Source of the DNA: an uncultured bacterium
GTDB lineage: Bacteria; Bdellovibrionota_C; UBA2361; SZUA-149; CALKYB01
Length of the DNA: 29,667 nt
Direction of reading: 5' to 3'
Assembly (NCBI GenBank): GCA_938022485.1
Contig: CALIEE010000181.1
Location: forward strand, 1 to 29,667
Below, piece after piece: positions 1 through 8,495 of the stretch. Each line of letters opens with the position of its first letter. Within the stretch, counting starts at the first letter, position 1. The notes beneath the pieces are model-generated. The model was not told the origin of the DNA. It searched no databases and saw nothing but the letters and a program-made list of their open reading frames with translations. The translations under genes were made by a program, and so were the position numbers.

Positions 1-1183
1 TCATTGATCTAATAGCAATCATATCGTCAACCACCACAGGTCTCTTTTTAATAGCGCAAGTTGCAAGAATTGCTACCTGAGGTTGGTTGATTATTGGACA
101 GCCAATAATATTTCCGAAAACACCTGGGTTGGTTACAGTAAAAGTACCACCTTGGGTTTCATCAGGTTTTAATTTTTTGTTTCTAGCTCTTTCTGCGAGG
201 TCTTTTAGTTGTCGGGCTATGCCAGCTAAGCTTAGTTGATCGGCTCGTTTAATTACCGGCACAATCAAGCCCGTAGTGCCAAGCGCAACCGCTACACCTA
301 GGTTAATATCTTTCTTTAAAATAATATTCGTTCCGTCCACAGAAGAGTTAATCTGCGGATATTGGATTATACCTTTTACGGCGGCGAGAAGAAAAAACGG
401 GGTGAATGAAAGCTTAAAGCCTTCCCGAGCTACGAACGCTGCTTGATGTTTTTTTCGAGCGAGGGCAACGTTTGTTACGTCGACTTCAGCAACCGAGTAA
501 ACATGAGGACTTGTTTGTTTACTTTTTACCATGTGATCCGCAATCAGCTGTCTCATGCGATCCATTGGTTGAACCGTTATGCCATCCTCTCCGTAATTTC
601 GCTCTGAAACAGGCTCTGGGATGTTGGTCTTGGCTTGCCTCGGCGCAGCAGCCATAGAGTTCGAAGAGCGAGTTTCTAAATATGAGAGGAAGTCTTTCTT
701 GGTTACTCTCCCTCCAGAACCAGTGCCGGGGATGGCTGCTAGCTCAACAGGAGGAATGCTATGCTGCTCCGCCATGCTCCGAACCAAAGGAGAGTAGTAT
801 CTGTCTCCGCCAGTCGTACCATTGTTGTTGGCAATTGGCGCTGGAGTTGAAGAGGGCGCTGGAGTAGTAGCTTGAGGTGCAGCTTGGGGCTCTGGACTTT
901 TAGCCGGTGCAGGAGCTGCGGGTTTAGCATCTTCAGCAGCGGCAGCATCAGTTTCAATAACGGCAATGACAGTTTTTACTGCAACCGTGTCACCTTCTTG
1001 AGCCTTGAACTCTACTATAGTTCCGGTCTCAGGAGCAGGTATTTCTGAGTCTACTTTGTCTGTAGAAATTTCAAGAATTGTCTCATCTTTTTTGACTTGA
1101 TCACCTACGTTCTTCAACCACTTTAAAACCGTGGCTTCGGTAATCGACTCGCCCATTTGAGGCATCATCATTTCTACTTTCAT
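1..1183 (-). CDS. Dihydrolipoamide acyltransferase (E2) of a 2-oxoacid dehydrogenase complex, probably branched-chain type; 3' end runs off the window
   Basis: Translated by hand because it is absent from the ORF track. MKVEMMMPQMGESITEATVLKW...EISTDKVDSEIPAP is a single lipoyl domain with the DKV lipoyl-Lys. It is followed by an Ala/Pro linker, an E1/E3-binding domain (YYSPLVRSMA...IPGTGSGGRVTKKD) and the start of the catalytic domain (GGTFTVTNPGVFGNIIGCPIINQPQVAIL). Lies directly downstream of E1. Confidence 0.93.
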   Translation of the reverse strand, partial: MKVEMMMPQMGESITEATVLKWLKNVGDQVKKDETILEISTDKVDSEIPAPETGTIVEFKAQEGDTVAVKTVIAVIETDAAAAEDAKPAAPAPAKSPEPQAAPQATTPAPSSTPAPIANNNGTTGGDRYYSPLVRSMAEQHSIPPVELAAIPGTGSGGRVTKKDFLSYLETRSSNSMAAAPRQAKTNIPEPVSERNYGEDGITVQPMDRMRQLIADHMVKSKQTSPHVYSVAEVDVTNVALARKKHQAAFVAREGFKLSFTPFFLLAAVKGIIQYPQINSSVDGTNIILKKDINLGVAVALGTTGLIVPVIKRADQLSLAGIARQLKDLAERARNKKLKPDETQGGTFTVTNPGVFGNIIGCPIINQPQVAILATCAIKKRPVVVDDMIAIRSM

Positions 1184-1228
1184 CTTATATTCCGACTAAA
1201 ACGATGTTAAATAATCAAATCAAAACTA

Positions 1229-1252
1229 GGAGGCCAAATTATTAGGGCCTCC
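1229..1252 (-). terminator. Stem-loop between E1 and E2 (possible partial terminator or mRNA stabiliser)
   Basis: GGAGGCC-N10-GGCCTCC perfect 7-bp stem, followed on the minus strand by TAGTTTTGATTT. Confidence 0.5.
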
Positions 1253-1289
1253 GGAACGGGTAACTAGATAGCAGGATCTTTCAATGATG

Positions 1290-3314
1290 TCAGTAGGAGA
1301 GGAGGCGTGAGAGAGCTTCTATAACGCCCTCAGTCTGTGGAAGCACTACTTTTTCTAGGCAATTGGCATGAGGAACTGGAGATTCGGCTCCAGCTAGCCG
1401 GGCAACCGGGGCATCCAGGTATTCAAAGCCGTCACTGGCAATTTGAGCTGCAATCTCTGCCCCAAAGCCCATGAACTCGGTATCCTCGTGAGCAATCAAA
1501 ATTCTACCAGTTTTTTTGACGCTGCTGAGGATAGTTTCAATATCCAATGGTCTGATCGTTCTAATGTCAATAACTTCAACAGAGAAACCGTCTTCTTCAA
1601 GTTCCTTAGCTGCAAGAATGGATTTTTGAACCAAAGCGCCCCAAGTTACGATGGTTGCATCTTCCCCAGTTCTAATCACTTTTGCTTTTCCAATCGGGAT
1701 GAGATGTTCGCTGTCTCCTTCTGGCCCCTTGGCATAAGTTTGACGATACAGCCCTTTATGCTCAAGAAAAATTACTGGATTGTTGTCTCGAATTGCAGCT
1801 TTAAGAAGTCCTTTTCCATCTGTAGCATTAGATGGGTAAATAACTTTCAAACCAGGGTAGTGAGCAAATGTCGCCTCGATATTTTGAGAATGGTAAAGAG
1901 CCCCGTGGATATAACCACCAACTGCCACTCTGATCACCGCATTACAAGAGAAGTTTCCGTTCGAACGGTAGTGCATCATAGCCAATTCATTTCTGAGCTG
2001 CATCATCCCAGTCCAAATATAGTCCCCGAATTGAATTTCTACTACGGGTTTCATTCCGACTGTGGCCATTCCAATGGCGGTGCCACAAATCGAAGCCTCG
2101 GCTAAGGGTGCATTGAAAACTCTCTTTTCTCCGTATTTATCTGTTAAGCCACTAGTCACAGAAAAAACACCGCCTTTCCCGTAGGCAACATCCTGACCAT
2201 AGATAATCATATTCTGATCCCTGGACATTTCTTCATCCAGAGCATGGTTTAAAGAGTCTACTAGAAAAATACTTTCTCCAGTGGCTGGTTTCTCTTCGAA
2301 TTCAGCAATCGGGTTTTCGCTGTAAACGAATTTCAATGCAGTGGAGGGGTCTGGGCTTGCTTGTGCTTCTGCCCACTCAGCATCTTCGTCCACTTCTAGT
2401 TTGATTCCTTTGCGCATATTTTCAAGCTCATCTTCGGAGCAAACATTCTGTTCCAAAAGGTGTGCTGCAAAATGGAGAATAGGATCTTTCTCTTTGTCTG
2501 ACTCAATTTCTTCTAGACTTCTGTATTTTGCTTGATTGTCTGAAATGGAATGACTTTGTAGTCTAACAACATCCGCTACAACTACTGCCGGGCCTGCACC
2601 GCTTCTCGCACGTTTAACTAGGTCCGAGAACGTGTTGTAGGATTCAAAGTAATCCAGTCCATTTATTTTTCTAACTTCCAGGCTTTCATACCCACTGGAA
2701 ATATCAGCAACAGACTCGCCTGCTATTTGCTGCGAAATATGGACACTGATGGCAAACTGGTTATCTTGAACTAGAAATATTACTGGTAGTTTTTTTCTGG
2801 CTGCCCAGTTCAAAGCCTCGTGGTAGGCACCTTGAGCAGTAGTTCCTTCTCCAGAGGAAACGTAAACTACGCCGCCTGTTTTAAAAAACATTTGAGCTCT
2901 ACCAGCTCCAACGGCCTGTAGGTATTGTGTACCTGTGGGGGAGCTTTGAGAGACTATATTAAGACCTTGATGCCCGTAGTGATTAGGCATTTGTCGACCC
3001 CCAGAACTAGGGTCATCTGCCTTGTTTAAAATATTTAAAAATAATTCTCTGTTTGTTACACCCCATGCCGAACAAAAGGCCATGTCTCGGTAATAGGGAT
3101 AAGCCCAGTCCTCCCCAGGTTTCATGGCATTTGCTGCGGCTACCTGAACAGCTTCATGGCCGGCACAACCAATTTGAAAATGTGCTTTGTTCTGTTTGTA
3201 AAGAGTAATTGCTTTTTCATCGACAAGTCTGGCCCTTAACATAGACTGCCAAGCCTTAATCAGGCTTTGATCATCTAGGCCTTCAGGACGTTTGTTGCTG
3301 AGACTTTCGAGCAA
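1290..3314 (-). CDS. Fused E1 alpha+beta subunit, 2-oxoisovalerate (branched-chain 2-oxoacid) dehydrogenase type
   Basis: The alpha half resembles Bacillus BkdAA (PYYRD, DDPSSGGRQMPNHYG, TPP motif GEGTTAQGAYHE, HSISD loop). The beta half has GQDVAYGKGGVF, FNAPLAE, EIQFGDY, FLEHKGLY and EVIDIRTIRPLD. TTG start with an AGGAGA RBS. Confidence 0.93.
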   Translation of the reverse strand: MLESLSNKRPEGLDDQSLIKAWQSMLRARLVDEKAITLYKQNKAHFQIGCAGHEAVQVAAANAMKPGEDWAYPYYRDMAFCSAWGVTNRELFLNILNKADDPSSGGRQMPNHYGHQGLNIVSQSSPTGTQYLQAVGAGRAQMFFKTGGVVYVSSGEGTTAQGAYHEALNWAARKKLPVIFLVQDNQFAISVHISQQIAGESVADISSGYESLEVRKINGLDYFESYNTFSDLVKRARSGAGPAVVVADVVRLQSHSISDNQAKYRSLEEIESDKEKDPILHFAAHLLEQNVCSEDELENMRKGIKLEVDEDAEWAEAQASPDPSTALKFVYSENPIAEFEEKPATGESIFLVDSLNHALDEEMSRDQNMIIYGQDVAYGKGGVFSVTSGLTDKYGEKRVFNAPLAEASICGTAIGMATVGMKPVVEIQFGDYIWTGMMQLRNELAMMHYRSNGNFSCNAVIRVAVGGYIHGALYHSQNIEATFAHYPGLKVIYPSNATDGKGLLKAAIRDNNPVIFLEHKGLYRQTYAKGPEGDSEHLIPIGKAKVIRTGEDATIVTWGALVQKSILAAKELEEDGFSVEVIDIRTIRPLDIETILSSVKKTGRILIAHEDTEFMGFGAEIAAQIASDGFEYLDAPVARLAGAESPVPHANCLEKVVLPQTEGVIEALSRLLSY

Positions 3315-3388
3315 AATACTCTCCTATAAATATAAGTTATGTTGGGTCCAACCCTGGGGACTTCAATATCCCTAAAAGTAACTATTTG

Positions 3389-3407
3389 GCAGGGCTCTAC
3401 GCCCTGC
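3389..3407. other. GC-rich stem-loop in the lpdA-E1 intergenic region
   Basis: GCAGGGC-TCTAC-GCCCTGC perfect 7-bp stem with no adjacent U-tract. Confidence 0.5.
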
Positions 3408-3427
3408 TATTAGGATGATAGCTGAAG

Positions 3428-3455
3428 AAAAAGCGTTGCTAAAACCCAGCAAGCT
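3428..3455 (-). terminator. Weak candidate intrinsic terminator after lpdA
   Basis: Minus strand GC-TTGCT-GGGTTTT-AGCAA-C-GC followed by TTTTTT. Confidence 0.35.
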
Positions 3456-3514
3456 GTTTCGTGTCTTAGTCCAAGAAAAGCCCTAGAATAAGCACAAAGC
3501 TTAAAAGTCCATTC

Positions 3515-4903
3515 CTAAATATGGATTGGCCGTCCCAGAGCTGCCCCCATTGCTTCCATGACAGCCTCTGAAAGAGTCGGGTGAGCATGAATTGTTTCTA
3601 AAACACTGCTTGCCGTTGCTTCATGGGTTTTTGCCAAAGTAGCCTCTGCAATCAGCTCAGTAGCTTCAGCGTGGATAATATGGACGCCGAGTATTTCTTC
3701 GATGTCAGTATCAACTATTACTTTGACCATTCCCTCAGTCTCGGCAATGGCAACGGCCTTTCCGCTAGCGGTAAACGGGAAGTTGCCAGTTCTGACATTA
3801 CGTCCAGCTTCTTTAGCTGCTTTCTCTGTCATACCAACTGATGCAACTTGCGGTTGGCAATAGGTGCAACCAGGAATACTGGAGTAGTCTAAAGGATGGG
3901 GAGAGTGTCCAGCAGCATGCTCTGCGGCAATGATTCCCTCATGGCTAGCCACGTGGGCTAATAGAGGAGGTCCGGTGATATCTCCAATAGCGTAAATATT
4001 ATCGATTCCTGTCCGATAGAATTCATCAACCTCGATGAAGGATTTTTCAGGTTCGATACCAACTTTCTCAAGCCCCAGGCTTTCGATATTTCCTTGTACA
4101 CCTATAGCGACCAGCACTTTATCGCCTTCCCATTCCTCTACTTTGTCACCAGTTTTAATTGTTGCTTTCACCCCAGAACCGGAAGTATCTAGCTTTTCCA
4201 CCAAGGAGCCAGTTTTGACGTTTATCCCGGCTTTTGTGAGGCTTTTACCTAAAGCCTTGGAAATGTCTTCGTCTTCGATAGGGAGTAGACCATCCATCAA
4301 TTCTACGATTGTTACGTCTGTTTCAAAGGAGTTGAAGAAATAGGCAAATTCAACACCTATGGCGCCGGCTCCAACTACTAACATTCTCTCCGGCTTATCT
4401 TTCATCTCCAGAGCTTTTCGGTAGGTGATTACTTTCTTCTCATCTACCGGTAGAGAAGGAAGGGTCCTAGCTCTAGCACCAGTAGCTATGATCGCCTTAC
4501 CGAATTGATGTATAGAACTTTTTCCAGAAGAGTCTTTAACCTCAATTTCAGTTTTAGATTTGAGAGAGGCTTCCCCCATAATTAGATCGATTTTATTTTT
4601 TTTTAGGAGGAAGGAAACTCCCTTGGTCATTTGATCTACGACGCCTCGTGAGCGGTCTATAACATCAGAAAAATTGTAACCAATTCCTTCAGCTCTTAGG
4701 CCGAAGCTTTTAGCGTGTTTGAAAGTGTTAAACACTTCTGCACTTTTAAGTAGTGCCTTCGTTGGAATACATCCCCAGTTGAGACAAACGCCTCCAGGAT
4801 TTTCTTTTTCAATGACCGCAGTTTTAAGTCCGAGTTGAGCTGCTCGAATTGCTGCTACGTAGCCTCCAGGTCCTGCTCCAATTACAATACAGTCGTAAGC
4901 CAT
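3515..4903 (-). CDS. lpdA: Dihydrolipoyl dehydrogenase (E3)
   Basis: FAD motif GAGPGGYVAA, redox disulfide GGVCLNWGCIPTK, NAD motif GAGAIGVE, C-terminal HAHPTLSE. Confidence 0.97.
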   Translation of the reverse strand: MAYDCIVIGAGPGGYVAAIRAAQLGLKTAVIEKENPGGVCLNWGCIPTKALLKSAEVFNTFKHAKSFGLRAEGIGYNFSDVIDRSRGVVDQMTKGVSFLLKKNKIDLIMGEASLKSKTEIEVKDSSGKSSIHQFGKAIIATGARARTLPSLPVDEKKVITYRKALEMKDKPERMLVVGAGAIGVEFAYFFNSFETDVTIVELMDGLLPIEDEDISKALGKSLTKAGINVKTGSLVEKLDTSGSGVKATIKTGDKVEEWEGDKVLVAIGVQGNIESLGLEKVGIEPEKSFIEVDEFYRTGIDNIYAIGDITGPPLLAHVASHEGIIAAEHAAGHSPHPLDYSSIPGCTYCQPQVASVGMTEKAAKEAGRNVRTGNFPFTASGKAVAIAETEGMVKVIVDTDIEEILGVHIIHAEATELIAEATLAKTHEATASSVLETIHAHPTLSEAVMEAMGAALGRPIHI

Positions 4904-5072
4904 GAAAAATCCTCGTTGGTGTAAAGTTCCTTAAATCTGAGATGTTCTTTTAGGATAAATATCCTAGTTAAACAAGGTGAACCAGTCAGTTGAACAATAG
5001 ATTGGGTGGTTTTTACATAAACTTTGTATTAATTAGATAGCGAATTAATGTTTCCTCTCTTTCTTGATAGGT

Positions 5073-6062
5073 ATGAGTCTTAACTATATTTTAATATCAG
5101 CGGCTGTTTTTCTTTTGATACTTACACTTTGGATTTTGCTTCGCAGGAAAAAGAAGTTCAAAAACACCTCTCGTTTGGAATTGGATCCAGTAGGTCTATG
5201 GCGCTATCACTCAGATAGTGAGTTTGAGAAAAAACTTAGCTATGGCCTAGCGCGTGAGAATGAGAAGCCTGGCTCTAAAAATCCAAAACCTAGCAAAGAA
5301 AGCAAAGAAAAAAAGCCAGTAACTGTTTTAGAGTTTAATGGTGATATTCGAGCCAAGCAACATAGAGGATTTGCCTCTCTCGTCGATGAGGTTTGCGTTA
5401 ACAAAGATAAGGTTTCAGAAGTTGTGGTGGTGATTACATCGCCTGGTGGAATGGTTGCTCAGTATGGTCATGTATATAGTCAGATGGAAAGACTGCGAGA
5501 AGCGGTCAGTAAGTTGACGGTTTGCATTGATGTAGTCGCAGCTTCCGGAGGCTATCTAATGAGCCTTCCAGCGAATAAGATTATTGCGGCTCCGTTTTCT
5601 ATGGTTGGTTCTGTTGGTGTGGTGGCTTTTGTTCCGAATGCTAGGAAACTTTTAAACAAATTCGATATTGAACCCAGAACTTTTACTGCCGGAAATCTAA
5701 AGCGAACAGTAGGTTTATTTGATGAGGCCAGTAAAGAAGAGATTGAGCACTTCCAAGGGCAGTTGGAGACGATACATAATCAATTTTTAGCTGCAGTTAG
5801 AAAGTATAGACCCCAGGTAAGGTTTCAAGAGATTGAAACAGGAGCTCATTGGAGTGCGGAGGATTCAGTGAACAAGGAGCTAGGTCTCGTCGATGAAATA
5901 GGCTGTTCCGAGGATTATTTGATGACCTTAAATGAAAAAGAAGACTTGATTTTAATCAAGAAAAAGAAAGGTTCTTTTTTAGAAAATGGTATTCTGGGTT
6001 TGGCTGGGGCAATGGTAGACCGGGCATTTGACAATGTTCGAGGTGCAGGGGTCTTTCATTGA
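5073..6062 (+). CDS. sohB: S49 family inner-membrane peptidase, SohB-like
   Basis: N-terminal hydrophobic anchor; SPGG, DVVAASGGY (catalytic Ser region), AAPFSMVGSVGV, TAGNLKRT, GLVDEIG. ATG at 5073 preferred; alternative TTG at 5064. Confidence 0.85.
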   Translation: MSLNYILISAAVFLLILTLWILLRRKKKFKNTSRLELDPVGLWRYHSDSEFEKKLSYGLARENEKPGSKNPKPSKESKEKKPVTVLEFNGDIRAKQHRGFASLVDEVCVNKDKVSEVVVVITSPGGMVAQYGHVYSQMERLREAVSKLTVCIDVVAASGGYLMSLPANKIIAAPFSMVGSVGVVAFVPNARKLLNKFDIEPRTFTAGNLKRTVGLFDEASKEEIEHFQGQLETIHNQFLAAVRKYRPQVRFQEIETGAHWSAEDSVNKELGLVDEIGCSEDYLMTLNEKEDLILIKKKKGSFLENGILGLAGAMVDRAFDNVRGAGVFH

Positions 6063-6121
6063 TCTTTATTCCCTTTGAGCATCATGTTTTTGGTGGCCTC
6101 GCCGGAGAGAGATTTCTAAGC

Positions 6122-7207
6122 TTAGTTCAGCATCTGGACTAGGGTGTTAGCTAGAACCGTCTCGTCAGGCAATGGAGAGCCTTTGAGCTTAGTGTCCATC
6201 TCAGTCAATAGTTTTAACTGAGACTTTAGTTTTTTCTCTGATAGTTTATTTGCTGCTGGTCTTAGCCTTTTAGCAAACCAGGGGTTTGCTAAGTCCTTGC
6301 CCAGGTCGGAATTACTTGAAGCGCTCTTTAAAGCCAACATAATTCTAAATGACCGACCCAGGAAGCTGCTGATTTGCAATGGGTGCATTCCTTGAGCGAC
6401 CAACTCTTCACATTTTTTAATGGTTGCGAGAGAGTTGCGAGCTGAGATGGTATCTAGCAGTTCAAAGCTCTGTAGTTCAGGTGATTTGAAAACAATTTCT
6501 GAGGCGATGTCTCTTGTGATCAGTCCATCATCTTCAGTGAGCAGAGCTAGTTTGGAAATCACCTGAGAGAGAGAAAATAAATCAGATCCGTAAGAATCAA
6601 TTAATTGACGATTTACTGCAGTTTCAACACCAGCCTTAGCCCCGCACTGCCGAGCTTCTTTTTGAATCCAGCGAGCAAGCTTTTTCTCGTCTAGATTTTC
6701 TACTTGAACTACGGTTCCCACTTTAGAAAGATGATTGAGTAGTGGAGTTTGGGTATTAATTTTTTTGCCTTCAAGGATTACCAAAGAATCCGAATGCGGT
6801 TTAGACAGAGAGTCTATCAGGGGTTGTGCAACAGCACTTTTAATTTTATCCGCTTCATTAATAACAATAACTTTCTCAGTGCTGAATAGATCGAGATTGC
6901 CAAAGCTCATTGCCAACTCTTTGGCTTTTTTGGGACTTGTAAGGTCACCGGCAAAATAGCTATTGAATTGTGCTTTTAGAGAGCCATCTTCCTTAGCAAA
7001 ACAGATTTTTTTTACCCAGTCGATCAGGCGACGGGTTCTTAATGTCTCTTCTCCCACCACTATCAATGGCGAGTTAATGCCGAGCTTCTTCAAAGCAGTG
7101 ACTGGTGATTCAATTTCTTCGTCTTGCTCTACGAATAAAGGCTTGAGGAGAGAGGTGAACTTCTCAGTACTTAGGCCTATTGGAGCTTTGGTTGGTTTTT
7201 TAGGCAT
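6122..7207 (-). CDS. holA: DNA polymerase III delta subunit
   Basis: AAA+-like delta pattern: LFSTEKVIVINEAD, LARWIQKEA, FELLDTI, HPLQISSFLGRSFR, KLLTEMDTKLKG. About 361 aa from the ATG at 7207; the ORF-track start at 7282 is probably over-extended. Confidence 0.8.
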   Translation of the reverse strand: MPKKPTKAPIGLSTEKFTSLLKPLFVEQDEEIESPVTALKKLGINSPLIVVGEETLRTRRLIDWVKKICFAKEDGSLKAQFNSYFAGDLTSPKKAKELAMSFGNLDLFSTEKVIVINEADKIKSAVAQPLIDSLSKPHSDSLVILEGKKINTQTPLLNHLSKVGTVVQVENLDEKKLARWIQKEARQCGAKAGVETAVNRQLIDSYGSDLFSLSQVISKLALLTEDDGLITRDIASEIVFKSPELQSFELLDTISARNSLATIKKCEELVAQGMHPLQISSFLGRSFRIMLALKSASSNSDLGKDLANPWFAKRLRPAANKLSEKKLKSQLKLLTEMDTKLKGSPLPDETVLANTLVQMLN

Positions 7208-7476
7208 AGGGTTCCAAATTAGCAGGCTGGGGAAGGGGAGTAAATTTACAGGTTCCTTGGGGCGTCCGAGGTTTAGGGCCATACAAAGGATATGACAGGT
7301 CAGCAGCTTGATATCCGACCAAACTAGTGATAAAAGTGGCGATTGATAAACTTATCTCGCTCTCTATCTCAGTTAGATCTCGTCAATTTTTGAGTAGTAT
7401 TAATGGTTTAGACTCCACACTTGGGTCTGACCGCTGCTTTACCTAACTCGTCCTTTTTTCGTTTTTTTAGGAGGTT

Positions 7477-7893
7477 GTGATGGAAGCAACTCTAGTATTA
7501 ACGCTGTCGAATTTGGCTTCGAACTCAAGTGGATATTCTCTTGTACAGATGCCTTGCGAGACTAATTTTAGTCGAACTGAACTCTGGCTCGAAGAAAGTT
7601 CTCAAGAGAAAGGTCTCGAAAAATTTGCGGACCTTGTCAGGCCTGATTCCACACACAGGAAATGGCTCGAGAATGAGGAGCAAGATTTCATTGCTTATAA
7701 CAAGAGACTTTCTGAGCGGTTTGAAGGTCTATCAGATTTTGATTCTCGAAATAATCAAATCTTCTTTCGCCTCATTACCAAACGCTATCAAGATAAGTCA
7801 CAAAGAGAGTTGTACGGTTCTGGAGAAATTCTAGTGGATGCCAAAGAAAGATTCGGTAACTTAGAGTCAAGTTTTCTTGTGCTCACAACATGA
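7477..7893 (+). CDS. Hypothetical protein (137-138 aa), no family recognised
   Basis: Strong GGAGG RBS immediately before GTG-ATG; fills the gap between holA and tRNA-Phe. Confidence 0.65.
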   Translation: MMEATLVLTLSNLASNSSGYSLVQMPCETNFSRTELWLEESSQEKGLEKFADLVRPDSTHRKWLENEEQDFIAYNKRLSERFEGLSDFDSRNNQIFFRLITKRYQDKSQRELYGSGEILVDAKERFGNLESSFLVLTT

Positions 7894-8028
7894 TCCTACC
7901 ATTGATCATTGAGAGGTTTAGGAAGGGACTCTGATACAATCTGTATTGGGTCCCGTGGGTATTTGTAAAAGTAGCGATCAGGCTTTGGTTATTGATACGC
8001 ATTGAGCGGCGAAAATCCGCGAGGTGTG

Positions 8029-8300
<272 letters not shown>

Positions 8301-8495
8301 TGAGGTTGAGGCTATTCCATTTTTTCCATATTGGGAAAGGAATGGCTAAACATCAGCGCCCTTGTTTAGATCGTTTGGATTCTTCTGGCAATATTTTAGG
8401 GTGTTGAGGATAGCCAAATAGTTATTCACAGCCACATTTAGGCTGTAAATGACTCGAGTTTAGAAGTGGAGCTTTTTTTCTTGGGGTCTAGTGCC

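Noticed and set aside
472-966. Short ORFs 472-657, 682-867 and 739-966
   Set aside because: They are antisense or alternative-frame shadows of the E2 gene, which occupies 1-1183 on the minus strand
4596-4604. A9 run inside lpdA (CTA AAA AAA AAT)
   Set aside because: The reading frame is intact and the protein is full length. It serves as a control: A9 runs occur by chance here and are not by themselves proof of programmed slippage.
8422-8430. DnaA-box consensus match TTATTCACA
   Set aside because: A single box with no cluster, no unwinding element and no dnaA/dnaN/gidA context; expected by chance
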